Origin: Candidatus Latescibacterota bacterium
GTDB taxonomy: Bacteria; Latescibacterota; UBA2968; UBA8231
Length of the DNA: 64,000 nucleotides
Direction: 5' to 3'
Assembly: GCA_965205655.1 (NCBI GenBank)
Contig: CBDBIJ010000110.1
Location: forward strand, 35,784 to 99,783
A program made the position numbers and the translations under genes. The notes under the pieces are model-generated. The model made no database searches. It saw nothing but the letters and a program-made list of their open reading frames with translations, and was not told the origin of the DNA. Of this stretch, positions 17,336 through 26,368 are shown one piece after another (position 1 is the stretch's first letter; every line of letters starts with the position of its first letter).

Positions 17336-20300
17336 CTGACCACCGCCACTACTTTCTCGGCTTGCTCGCCGGAGGCGGTGACGACGACGATGTAGAGGCC
17401 GCTGGCGACGACTCCACCATCTTCGTCGCGCCCGTTCCATGGTATCGTAAGGCGGCCCTGGCCATAGGGCTGGTCGCGCTTGATGACCCTCTCGAGTCGG
17501 CCGGAGGCGTTGTAAACCCGCACCGTGACATCTGCGGGACTGCTGAGGTCGAAAGAGACGTCAGTGATGGCTCTCAGACCCCCCGCTGGTGAGAATGCGC
17601 GCGGCTGGCAATCGAGGTCTCGGATTTTCGCGGTACCCACAGCGGCCTGCGTATCCACGAACAGGCCGAAGGTGCTCAGTTTCAGTTCCTTTACTGAAGT
17701 GGCCACCTGTTTCAGCGCCGGCTCCGATGTGCCGCCGACCCGTAGCCACTGCCCTTCTGTCAGTTCGAAGATCCCCAGCTCGCTCGGGTTGTGTTCGCCG
17801 AGGTCGCCCAGGTCGTAACGGAAGGTCATGGTCACCGGCTTGCGCAGCGCGCTCTCGCCGATATTCATCTCCCAGGCGCTGCCGACGGGAACCGGGTCCT
17901 CGCCTTGTGACGGTGCGGCGGCAGAGGAAACGGTTTTCCCCGCCGGCTGATCGGCGGCCGGGCGAATGATCACCTCCACCTTACCGATGTCGCTCGGCAG
18001 CGCATTTGGCGGGAAGTAGAGCTCGACGCTGCCCTCCGCGTTGGTCACGGTGCCGCCCGCTGCCGCGTCGGGCAGCTCTCCTGCGGTCTGAAAAGTTCCG
18101 TCGAATCCAGTCTCCGCTCTCTCGCCGAGGACCGAGCGATCGATGACGAACTCGTATTCCGTGAAGGGCCGGAAGCCTCCTTGAGGCGCGAAGTTGACGA
18201 TCGTCTGAGCCGGATCCTCAAACCCGAAACCTGTGATTGGCGTCAGCTCGAAAGGCGCATCCGGGTCCTCCTGTAGATCGACGATACGTCGAGCTCTGAG
18301 CTGGAAGCCGGACTGGTCGGCGGTGGCGACCGGTCCCGAGAATACGATCCGCACTGGGGGGGATGTCACAGACACTCCCTCGGCACCGAATGGTGGATTG
18401 GCTTCGACGAGCGTGGGCAAGTCGGTGAGAAAGGTGAATTGATCGTCGGGTCGATTCGCCAGGGCCCCCCCGAGTCGAGAGCTCACGACCACTTCATAGG
18501 AACTCCCCGAGACGAAATCGACTTCCGGCAGACTGGCTGTAAAAGTCTCGTCGACGTAGATGAACTCACCGTCCTCGAGCGCGATCGGATCGCCACCGCG
18601 GCTCAGACGGATGTTCTGCGAGTTGACCAGGTCGCGTTGCAGCGCGGCGGAAAAGACGATCTCCACACGTCTGGCTCCGGCGGCGATCGAGGTGCCGTCG
18701 GTCGGCGATGTGGAGACGACACTCGGAACGAGCGTCGCGAATCCCAGGCGAGTATCGGTGCTAGCGCGCGGGCCGCCCAACCGGGCGCTGACGACTACGT
18801 CGTACGCCGATCCCGGAATCAAATCGATCTGGGGCAGGCTGATGATGAACTGCTCCTGATCGTACAGGAACTCGTCCTCGGGCAGAGAGAGGGCTGCACC
18901 ACCCCGCGTGACCGTCACGTTTTGGGAGTTTATCAGATCCTCGTCCAACGGATCGGAAAAGGAGAGTCGAACCCGGCGAGGGCCAGCCGTTACCTCGCTG
19001 CCGCTCTCGGGCTCGGTAGAAACCACTTCAGCCACCCGCGTGGCGAAGCCCCAGCGGAAATCGTCGGTTGCTCTCGGACCCGCTACAGAGCGGGTAATCA
19101 CTACCTGATAGGAGGTGCCACCCCGCAAGCGGCCGGCCGCGGGCCCGAATGAGAGGGTACCCGCCTCGCCGTCGAAGACCGGTGCCGTGATCTGCACGGA
19201 CTGACCCTCGCCCAGCAGCCGTACATGCTCAGCTAGCTCTTCATCGTCGATGTCGGTGTCGAAAACGGCTGCGATCGTCCCTTCGAGTGCGGAAACAGCC
19301 GAATCAGCAGCGGCTGGCGCCACGCTCACCGTATCCGGTATCGCCGTCTGGAATGACCACGAAATCGGCTGGCCTGCCCCGAGTGGTCCGCTGACCGATG
19401 AATTGATTTGCACGACGTAGCCACTGCCGACCTGCCAGCCGGTTGCGGGCGCGAATCCATAGCGACCCTCGCCACGATCGGTCGGATCGTCGGCGCGCAG
19501 CTCAAGTGGCACGCCCCCACGCGCGAGGCTGAAGTTGCCGGCGCTCAATTGGTCTTCGTCGAGGGGCACGCTGAACTCGATGACCGCCTCTTCGAGGCCG
19601 ATGGTGACGTCATCGGCCCCCTCGGTAGGTAGCACCGAGACCCGGCTGGGCACGGCCGTGCTGAAACTCCAGCTATAGTCTCCCACTGCCTGTCGCAACG
19701 GACCTCCCACCACCCCCGAAACGACCACCTGGTATTGAGCCCCAGGGCGCAGGCCTTCTGCAGGTTGAAACGACAGCACTCCAGTTGTGGGGTTGTATTC
19801 CTCCTCCGTCGCATCGATGGCGCGCCCCTGCTTGAGGAGCGTCACGCTGCCCGACACTGCCTCTTCGTCGAGCAAGCCGTCGAACCCGATCGATATCGAT
19901 GGATCAGCCGCCGACACCGCAGCGTCGCCGTCGTCCGGGGTCCGTGCGGTAACCCGGGGCACGGCGGTGCTGAACGACCAGGTGAAGTCGCCCTCGGCCA
20001 CCAACCGCAGCGGCCCGGCGAGCGAGCCAGAGATCGTCACGTCGTAGCGGGAGCCTGGCTTGAGCGCTTCGCCAAGATCGATGGAAAGGGTGTTGGACGT
20101 ACCGACGAATAAAGCGTCGGCGACTACTACTGAATCGCCCTCCCGCCTTACCTGCACCGCATCAGCTTCCTCCAGTAGCGACTCGATGAGGCCGCCATCG
20201 AAGGTGGCGATTATGCGCCCGTCATCGATGGCTACGCTCGCGGTTCCGTCCGCGGGCTCGGTGCTCACGAGCTGAGGTACGTTGATGCTGAAATTCCAGG

Positions 20301-23300
20301 ATATGGCGTTCGCCGGGCGATTGCCGGCCAGGTCCTCTACGGCGGCTGACACTTCGACGCTGTACTGCGTCCCTGGCAGGAGACCCCCGGCCGGAGCCAG
20401 GACGACTGTATTGTCATCGGCGCTGTAGAGGGGGGCATCGGCCAGCGCTACAGGTGAATTTCCCGCGGTGATTTGGAAGTTGTCGGCGACGACAGTCTGC
20501 TGATCGATGGGCTCTGAAAAGGTGATCCTGAGCCGTGTCGTCGAATCTGGCACGCCAACGGCGGCGAACCCGGGCGCGGCTGAGCTGACCGCAGGCAGCT
20601 GTGTGTCGACTGAAAACACGCCGGTCGAATCGAATGGCACGAGCGTGTTTCCCTTGATGTCCTCCAGACCCCTGACAGAAACTGAAGCCGCTCCCGACGG
20701 CATGGATTCTGCAACCGTCAGCTCACCGGTCCATGTGAGCCCGGTGTAGCGAACTGTCCGGAACTGGAAAGGCTGTCCGTCGATGGTGGCCTCCACCAGA
20801 GGTTCCACATCTTTCTCCACTCCCGAATGCTCGTCGAGGAACTCGAAGGCGACGGTCACCGTCTGATCGATGCCAAAATTGGTGGTGTCGGATTCGCTCT
20901 TGCTTTTGTTCAGCGTAAGCCTGTCGATAGTCGGCGGGATGACATCGACTATGAAGTGGCTTTCTGCGCTCCAATCGGAACGCGAGTAACCCACGTCCAC
21001 TGTCTGAACAGACCAGAAGTATGTGCCGCTGACCAGTTCACCGACTGAGCGGACCAGATTGTGGCCGGCGTTGCCGGGGCCCAGTGGCAGTTGGCCTGAA
21101 ATGACCGAGTCCCCTTCCGAGGTCCTACCAAGCCGAAGATTGTAGGTGAGGCTCTCCACCGGCGGAGCACCATCGTCCGAGGCGGGAAGCCAGCTCAGGG
21201 TCACCTCGTCGCCTGCGTCCTCCGCCCGCAGTCCCGAGGGGGCGGATGGGGGCACGTTGGAGTTGAGTTGCTGCGCCGTCAGATTGTCATTGACGGCCGT
21301 CGAGGTAGTGGTACCCGAGCCGGACGAGAACAGGTCGAGATCGCCGTCGCCATCGGCATCCGCCAAGGTAACGGCGCTGAAGTCGACCCCGCGCAGAATG
21401 GGAAAAGCGTCGAGCGCGAATGCCGAGTCGGGAGCTGCCTGACCTATCGTGTTTTCATACACCCTGAAGATCTTCTGCTGCTGGCCGATGTTGCCGACCA
21501 TGACGAGGTCGAGATCCTGGTCGTTGTCGTAGTCTCCCCAGGCCAGATCACCCCCCTGGATGCCTGGAAGATCGACGTCGTCTATCTCTGCGTAGGTACC
21601 CGTGCCGTCGTTGGCGTAGATGGCTGTCGAAGGGCCGTCGCTCGCCGTCACGCCTCCGGCGGCGAGATCCAGATCGCCGTCGCGGTCGTAGTCGCCGAAG
21701 GCGAGGTCGCTGGATTCCATTCCGGGGAGATCGTTTCCGGTGTCCGCGAAGCTGACGGAGCCGCTGGCGAGATCGTTGCGATAGACGGTGAAGTCTCGAA
21801 CTCCGTCGGAGCTTACGCCGGTGACGGCCAGATCGAGATCACCGTCGCCATCCACATCGCCGAACACAGATTCGCCATTGTTGAGGCCGGTCAGGTTTAC
21901 GCCGAGGGTGTCGAAATCGCCCGCGCCATCGTTCGCCCAGATCTCGGTGAACGAAAGCTGGGCGCCAGCCTCGGTCGCGCCGCTCTGACCCATCAGAACA
22001 AAATCCAGGTCGCCGTCGTTATCCACGTCGCCCCAATCGACCGAGCTCTCGGACAGGTCGGGTCTGAAGCGGATCGCCACTGCAATCCCGGCGTTGTCGG
22101 TGCCGCCACTGGTATCGGTTCGATACAGGAAGTTCGCCCGGTTGCCGATTGCATCCTCGCCTGTGATGAACAGATCGAGATCGCCGTCGCCATCGTAGTC
22201 GCCCCACGCCAGGTCACCTTCCTGAAGGGAGACGATGTCTGCATCCACAAGCGTCAGCGTGCTACCACGATTGACGTAGAGCAGGCTCTGGGCTTCGCCG
22301 CTGCGATTGAGCCCCATGATGGCCAGGTCGATGTCCCCGTCGTCATCGTAGTCGCCCCAGCTCATGGCCGACTCCTTCAGGTCGCGGATCCGCTGATCCG
22401 AGGAGACGAACCGGGTCACGACGAACGGGTCCTCCTGGGAAAACGCCGACCGGGTGAAGGTTCCGTCTACTGACTGAACGCTCCAGACGTAGGTGTCGGG
22501 TGCCAGAGAGCGGCTCAGCACGTAACTCGTTTCGAACCCGGCATTGCCCTGCCCTACGGACAGCGAGGCTGATACGATGTCTCCCGCGCCAGCCTCGGTG
22601 CCGATGCGGATGTTGTAGCTGATTGCATCCGATTCACCGTCGCTGCCGGGACTCCAGCTGAACAGGGCCCGGGTGCTGGTGACCTCCACGGGATTGAGGC
22701 TCGCAGGCGGGTTTGGGGCCGTGTTGATCGTGGTGACGCCGAGATTGCTGTAGAGAATCGTGCGACTCTCACCCGACTCGTCGACGCCGCTCGTCACCAG
22801 ATCGACTCGGCCGTCGTCATCGTAGTCAGCCCACAAGGCGAGCCCGCCGGCAAGGCCCTCCAGATTCTGCTCGATCGACACGCCGGTAACAGACCCGTTT
22901 CGATTCTCGAACACGTGGGCTTCATAGTCGGAGACGATCGTCCGGCCCGACACGGCCAGATCGGGATCGCCGTCGTTGTCGAAGTCGACCCAGTCGAGCT
23001 GACCGCCCACGGTCTGGAAGGCGTTCAGCGAGAAATCGGTGTCGCGATTGAAGGTGCCGGCGGGCCGGTTGCGGTACAGGTACAATTGGAGAGCGCGGTT
23101 CCACACCTCGTCGTGGCCGGAGATGGCGAGATCGGGATTGCCGTCACTGTCGTAGTCGGACCAGGCGAGAGAGCCCCCCTTTACGAGTGAGTCGAAGGGC
23201 AGGGATATACCGGAGTCCAGGGTCAGAGTTCCGAGTGGATCGTTGACGTAGAACTCGGTGACCCGCCGGATGCCTCCATCGGCGATGACATTCTCACCGG

Positions 23301-24078
23301 AAATGGCGAGGTCGGGATCTCCATCGCTATCGTAGTCAGCCCAGGCGAGGTCCCCGCCATGGACGTTGATGATCGCTTCGCTGTTGAGTTCGTCGAGCCG
23401 CAGGGCCCCGTCCTCGTTCCGGTAGACGTGGGTGAGGGACGTTCCGATCTCCTCCATTCCCGAAACGACGAGATCGAGGTCGCCGTCGGTATCGTAGTCG
23501 ACCCAGCTGAGGGCTGCGTACCGCACGCCCTTGAAATTCGAATTGCCGTCGCCGTCCACCTGGCTAATGTCGAAGGATAGCAATCGATCGGCGCGTTCAG
23601 TGCCCTCTTCGTTCAGGTAGAGGCGCATGCTCTCCTCGCCGTCGTCATCCCAACCGGCGATGGCGAGGTCGAGATCGCCGTCGCTGTCGTAGTCAGCCCA
23701 ACCCAGATCGCCGAAATAGACCCCTGTCAATCGCTGGCTCTGGGTCACGTCCTCGGCGAGTAGTGCTCCGTCATTGCGCAGAACCCGGGCGATGCGTTCA
23801 CACTGGCCGTCGTCGGCGACGACCTCGCCGATGAGTGCCAGATCCATGTCGCCGTCGCTGTCGTAGTCGCCCCACCCCGCCTGCCCCGCCCAGACGCCGG
23901 GCAGCTCGAGTCCCGAGTCCTGCAGGTTCTGAGATTGCGCTTGAGAGGAGACGATGACGACCGTGAGCAGGCTCACTGCGATCGGCCAGATGCGGGCACG
24001 CGAGAGAAGGCGTACGCACCGCGGTGTAGGCAGTCCGCCCAAACAGTATTGCACCGGGTCGACTCGACTGAAGTTCAT
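17332..24078 (-). CDS. giant secreted FG-GAP/VCBS + fibronectin-III + ~10x SbsA/Big_5-type Ig repeats protein with FlgD-Ig / T9SS-type C-terminal domain
   Basis: ~2250 aa. ~20 'W(A/G)DYD(S/N/D)DGD(L/P)DL' repeats and two Fn3-like domains. The tail 'AFSPAGG..ITDVSFDLSSPADVTVRVYNASGRLERVIK...WNGRDEDGGVVASGLYIVVV' resembles FlgD_ig/Por_Secre_tail. Start uncertain (ATG 24078 preferred over TTG 24132). Confidence 0.85.
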   Translation of the reverse strand: MNFSRVDPVQYCLGGLPTPRCVRLLSRARIWPIAVSLLTVVIVSSQAQSQNLQDSGLELPGVWAGQAGWGDYDSDGDMDLALIGEVVADDGQCERIARVLRNDGALLAEDVTQSQRLTGVYFGDLGWADYDSDGDLDLAIAGWDDDGEESMRLYLNEEGTERADRLLSFDISQVDGDGNSNFKGVRYAALSWVDYDTDGDLDLVVSGMEEIGTSLTHVYRNEDGALRLDELNSEAIINVHGGDLAWADYDSDGDPDLAISGENVIADGGIRRVTEFYVNDPLGTLTLDSGISLPFDSLVKGGSLAWSDYDSDGNPDLAISGHDEVWNRALQLYLYRNRPAGTFNRDTDFSLNAFQTVGGQLDWVDFDNDGDPDLAVSGRTIVSDYEAHVFENRNGSVTGVSIEQNLEGLAGGLALWADYDDDGRVDLVTSGVDESGESRTILYSNLGVTTINTAPNPPASLNPVEVTSTRALFSWSPGSDGESDAISYNIRIGTEAGAGDIVSASLSVGQGNAGFETSYVLSRSLAPDTYVWSVQSVDGTFTRSAFSQEDPFVVTRFVSSDQRIRDLKESAMSWGDYDDDGDIDLAIMGLNRSGEAQSLLYVNRGSTLTLVDADIVSLQEGDLAWGDYDGDGDLDLFITGEDAIGNRANFLYRTDTSGGTDNAGIAVAIRFRPDLSESSVDWGDVDNDGDLDFVLMGQSGATEAGAQLSFTEIWANDGAGDFDTLGVNLTGLNNGESVFGDVDGDGDLDLAVTGVSSDGVRDFTVYRNDLASGSVSFADTGNDLPGMESSDLAFGDYDRDGDLDLAAGGVTASDGPSTAIYANDGTGTYAEIDDVDLPGIQGGDLAWGDYDNDQDLDLVMVGNIGQQQKIFRVYENTIGQAAPDSAFALDAFPILRGVDFSAVTLADADGDGDLDLFSSGSGTTTSTAVNDNLTAQQLNSNVPPSAPSGLRAEDAGDEVTLSWLPASDDGAPPVESLTYNLRLGRTSEGDSVISGQLPLGPGNAGHNLVRSVGELVSGTYFWSVQTVDVGYSRSDWSAESHFIVDVIPPTIDRLTLNKSKSESDTTNFGIDQTVTVAFEFLDEHSGVEKDVEPLVEATIDGQPFQFRTVRYTGLTWTGELTVAESMPSGAASVSVRGLEDIKGNTLVPFDSTGVFSVDTQLPAVSSAAPGFAAVGVPDSTTRLRITFSEPIDQQTVVADNFQITAGNSPVALADAPLYSADDNTVVLAPAGGLLPGTQYSVEVSAAVEDLAGNRPANAISWNFSINVPQLVSTEPADGTASVAIDDGRIIATFDGGLIESLLEEADAVQVRREGDSVVVADALFVGTSNTLSIDLGEALKPGSRYDVTISGSLAGPLRLVAEGDFTWSFSTAVPRVTARTPDDGDAAVSAADPSISIGFDGLLDEEAVSGSVTLLKQGRAIDATEEEYNPTTGVLSFQPAEGLRPGAQYQVVVSGVVGGPLRQAVGDYSWSFSTAVPSRVSVLPTEGADDVTIGLEEAVIEFSVPLDEDQLSAGNFSLARGGVPLELRADDPTDRGEGRYGFAPATGWQVGSGYVVQINSSVSGPLGAGQPISWSFQTAIPDTVSVAPAAADSAVSALEGTIAAVFDTDIDDEELAEHVRLLGEGQSVQITAPVFDGEAGTLSFGPAAGRLRGGTSYQVVITRSVAGPRATDDFRWGFATRVAEVVSTEPESGSEVTAGPRRVRLSFSDPLDEDLINSQNVTVTRGGAALSLPEDEFLYDQEQFIISLPQIDLIPGSAYDVVVSARLGGPRASTDTRLGFATLVPSVVSTSPTDGTSIAAGARRVEIVFSAALQRDLVNSQNIRLSRGGDPIALEDGEFIYVDETFTASLPEVDFVSGSSYEVVVSSRLGGALANRPDDQFTFLTDLPTLVEANPPFGAEGVSVTSPPVRIVFSGPVATADQSGFQLRARRIVDLQEDPDAPFELTPITGFGFEDPAQTIVNFAPQGGFRPFTEYEFVIDRSVLGERAETGFDGTFQTAGELPDAAAGGTVTNAEGSVELYFPPNALPSDIGKVEVIIRPAADQPAGKTVSSAAAPSQGEDPVPVGSAWEMNIGESALRKPVTMTFRYDLGDLGEHNPSELGIFELTEGQWLRVGGTSEPALKQVATSVKELKLSTFGLFVDTQAAVGTAKIRDLDCQPRAFSPAGGLRAITDVSFDLSSPADVTVRVYNASGRLERVIKRDQPYGQGRLTIPWNGRDEDGGVVASGLYIVVVTASGEQAEKVVAVVR

Positions 24079-24087
24079 GTGAAATGA

Positions 24088-24116
24088 GGGGAAAACAGCC
24101 GCGCGATTCGCGCGGC
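24088..24116 (-). terminator. terminator-like GC hairpin between the NusG paralog and the giant gene (possible attenuator)
   Basis: Minus strand GCCGCGCG-AAU-CGCGCGGC followed by UGUUUUCCCC, ~10 nt upstream of ATG 24078. Confidence 0.4.
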
Positions 24117-24207
24117 CGCTCCAAGATAGCAAACGCCCGGATGCGCGCCAATCAAAATCGCCGCACCGAGCGGATGCCGGCCGTTCCAGATAGTAGATAG
24201 ATAGTGG

Positions 24208-24789
24208 CTACAGAAGCTCGACGTCCTGCATGTCGACCTGCAAGGCGACCGCTGTGCCGAGCACGGAGACATTCAATACCAGACGAAAGGAGTCCTTACG
24301 CCGGGAGATTTTTCCCTGCACGCCGACGAGAGGCCCCCGAATGACGCGCACCTTGCGACCCCGCTTCAGCTCGGGATAGAGGGTCAGCCCAGCTCCCCTG
24401 CGGCTCGCCACGTAGATGCTGGACAGCTCCTCGAGGAGCTGCTTCTGATCGACGACCTCGATCCACTGCACGAAGTAGCCGCTGCGCATGAGATCGAGTC
24501 GCTGGGACGAATCGCAGCTTCCGAATATGTACCCGGGGAAGAGCGGCACCTCGAAGCTGTAGCGCCGTTGCCCTTTGCGTTTTCGAGGTGTGCTCAATCG
24601 TAGCGGCAGGTAGTGGCGCAGCGATAAGTCCTGCCAGACGCCCGCCGCCTTCTTCTCGCATCGAGGCCGGGTGTGGAAAGCGTACCACGCGCGCTCGGAC
24701 TCGGTTGCGAAAAGACGGGAGGCCTCATCCTCGGGCGCCTCCTCGGTTGCGCAATCGACAGCTGTAGCGCGATTCGTTTCCGTCATCAA
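24208..24789 (-). CDS. NusG-family paralog (RfaH/UpxY-like transcription antiterminator)
   Basis: 193 aa. NGN-type 'WYAFHTRPRCEKKAA...YLPL...PLFPGYIFG' plus KOW 'GRKVRVIRGPLVGVQGKI'. It is not in the canonical secE-nusG-rplK context. Confidence 0.8.
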   Translation of the reverse strand: MMTETNRATAVDCATEEAPEDEASRLFATESERAWYAFHTRPRCEKKAAGVWQDLSLRHYLPLRLSTPRKRKGQRRYSFEVPLFPGYIFGSCDSSQRLDLMRSGYFVQWIEVVDQKQLLEELSSIYVASRRGAGLTLYPELKRGRKVRVIRGPLVGVQGKISRRKDSFRLVLNVSVLGTAVALQVDMQDVELL

Positions 24790-24879
24790 GGCTCTTACGC
24801 AACGTCTGGCCGGCGACTAAGAGAATGGCCTCCCATGGCACCATTGAGGCTCCACAGAAGACCACTCGATCCGAATAAC

Positions 24880-24957
24880 TGGGGTGAGTGACGGGAATCG
24901 AACCCGCGGCCTCCAGGGCCACAACCTGGCGCTCTAACCGACTGAGCTACACCCACC
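24880..24957 (-). tRNA. tRNA-His(GTG) with G-1, CCA encoded
   Basis: Reverse complement G-GTGGGTGTAGCTCAGTCGGTTAGAGCGCCAGGTTGTGGCCCTGG...TTCGATTCCCGTCACTCACCCCA. Confidence 0.85.
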
Positions 24958-25044
24958 ACAAGGCTGCTCGGCGGAAGCATTTCACATCAAAACCGGACCA
25001 CCGTCCAAGCAGTCGAAGACCGTTCTCTCAACACTCTTTGTGAC

Positions 25045-25121
25045 TGGCGTGCCCAGCAGGACTCGAACCTGCGACATTCTGCTTAGAAGGCAGATGCTCT
25101 ATCCAGCTGAGCTATGGGCAC
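25045..25121 (-). tRNA. tRNA-Arg(TCT), CCA encoded
   Basis: Reverse complement GTGCCCATAGCTCAGCTGGATAGAGCATCTGCCTTCTAAGCAGA...GGTTCGAGTCCTGCTGGGCACGCCA. Confidence 0.9.
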
Positions 25122-25390
25122 TTCTCTAACATACAGCGGGACCTGAAGTTACGGCCCGATTCTACTAAGAAACGGTACACCCCTGTCGAATGCAAGAGGA
25201 GTGGGAGTGGCTGATCTGCAGCGAATGGTTTGGTGATCGAAAGCGGTGACAGACGATTCCCAGGGGAGCGCTACTCCGAGCCGCGCGCAGACCTTCCTGG
25301 TCTCATTCTGCTCCATCTTGGCGTAGCCGTTCTTCCCGAACCAGGACATGCTCATCGGGAGGCGGATTCATTTGAGCTGCGGGATATAGC

Positions 25391-25468
25391 TGGTCGGGGT
25401 GGTCGGATTCGAACCGACGACCCCCTGCTCCCAAAGCAGGTGCGCTAACCGGACTGCGCTACACCCCG
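25391..25468 (-). tRNA. tRNA-Pro(TGG), CCA encoded
   Basis: Reverse complement CGGGGTGTAGCGCAGTCCGGTTAGCGCACCTGCTTTGGGAGCAGG...GGTTCGAATCCGACCACCCCGACCA. Confidence 0.9.
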
Positions 25469-25527
25469 ACGGAAATATGAAAGTACGGACGGTGGATGAG
25501 GCCGGCAACGCGGTGCGGCGATGCGAA

Positions 25528-26367
25528 TCAGCCTGCGGGCGCGGGCTGGTGGCGAGCTGCTTCGATCTCGTCGCGCAACGACTCTGCGGCGCGACGGGCG
25601 GCATCCTGGAAATCACTTCCATCGGAGGCGTAGATGACCGAGCGCGAGGCGTTGATAATGATGCCGCCGCTATCCGGAGTGTCACCGTAGAGAACGGCGC
25701 TTTCCACATCGCCGCCCTGGGCGCCGACGCCGGGAATCAAGAAGGGAAGCTCCGGCGCCAGGGCTCGCAGGTTTTGCAGCGACTCTGATTTGGTAGCGCC
25801 CACCACCAGTCCGACGTTTCCATGCTCGTCCCAGTCGGCTGCCTTTTCAGCGACGCGCTCGTAGAGCGGGCGTCCGTCAACATTCAGGGTTTCGAGATCT
25901 TCGGACCCCGGGTTGGATGTCAGACAGAGAAGAAACACGCCCCGGTCCGCATACGAGAGGAAGGGCGCCACCGCGTCACGGCCCATATACGGATTTACCG
26001 TGAGCGCTCCGGCTCCGAGCTCGTCGAACATCATGCGGGCGTAGCGCTCGGCGGTGTTGCCGATGTCGCCTACCTTGGCGTCGACGATAGCTGGGATGTG
26101 ATTGGGAACATGCTCCAGAGTCGATGCCAGGGTCGACCAGCCGCTTTCGCCCAGGGCCCCGTAGAAGGCGAAGTTCGGTTTGTAGGCACACACGAGATCG
26201 GCGGTGGCATCGATGATCGCACGGTTGAATTCGAGCACGTCGAGTCGTCGGCCGCGGCCGTTGCGGGGCAGTTTCCCGGGATCGGGGTCCAGCCCCACAC
26301 AAAGGAGGGAGTTATTGGCGCCGGAGGCAGCGGAGAGTTTCTCTCTGAATCCGGGTTTCGTCTCCAC
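25528..26367 (-). CDS. pyrF: orotidine 5'-phosphate decarboxylase (type 2)
   Basis: 'LLCVGLDPDP', 'AYKPNFAFY', 'VDAKVGDIGNTAE'. GTG 26367 is preferred because it sits 2 nt after the upstream stop. The ORF-track ATG 26400 would overlap the upstream gene by 32 nt. Confidence 0.85.
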   Translation of the reverse strand: METKPGFREKLSAASGANNSLLCVGLDPDPGKLPRNGRGRRLDVLEFNRAIIDATADLVCAYKPNFAFYGALGESGWSTLASTLEHVPNHIPAIVDAKVGDIGNTAERYARMMFDELGAGALTVNPYMGRDAVAPFLSYADRGVFLLCLTSNPGSEDLETLNVDGRPLYERVAEKAADWDEHGNVGLVVGATKSESLQNLRALAPELPFLIPGVGAQGGDVESAVLYGDTPDSGGIIINASRSVIYASDGSDFQDAARRAAESLRDEIEAARHQPAPAG

Positions 26368-26368
26368 C

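Noticed and set aside
15869-17440. N-terminal extension of the CRTAC1-like ORF (start at 17440) and similar Arg-rich extensions of ORFs at 50899, 47610, 28750, 29866, 31517 and 39332.
   Set aside because: The extensions are Arg/Ser/Pro-rich and overlap the upstream gene. Internal starts give proper signal peptides or family N-termini with SD sequences.
24133-24207. ops-like (GGCGGTAG) RfaH recruitment element near the NusG paralog.
   Set aside because: It is not present in the leader (24790-24880) or in the 24079-24207 spacer. The recruitment signal, if any, is unknown.
25149-25355. 68-aa ORF in the 268-bp spacer between tRNA-Arg(TCT) and tRNA-Pro.
   Set aside because: There is no ribosome-binding site (the upstream sequence is CCGCCTCCC), the composition is unconvincing and no motif is recognisable. 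It is more likely a tRNA-operon spacer.
24790-25527. Integrase, prophage or genomic-island junction at the tRNA clusters (also at 1371-1542, 29912, 33816 and 48237).
   Set aside because: No integrase or phage-like ORFs lie next to any tRNA, and no duplicated tRNA 3' halves were seen. Only the IS3 element lies near the Arg pair.
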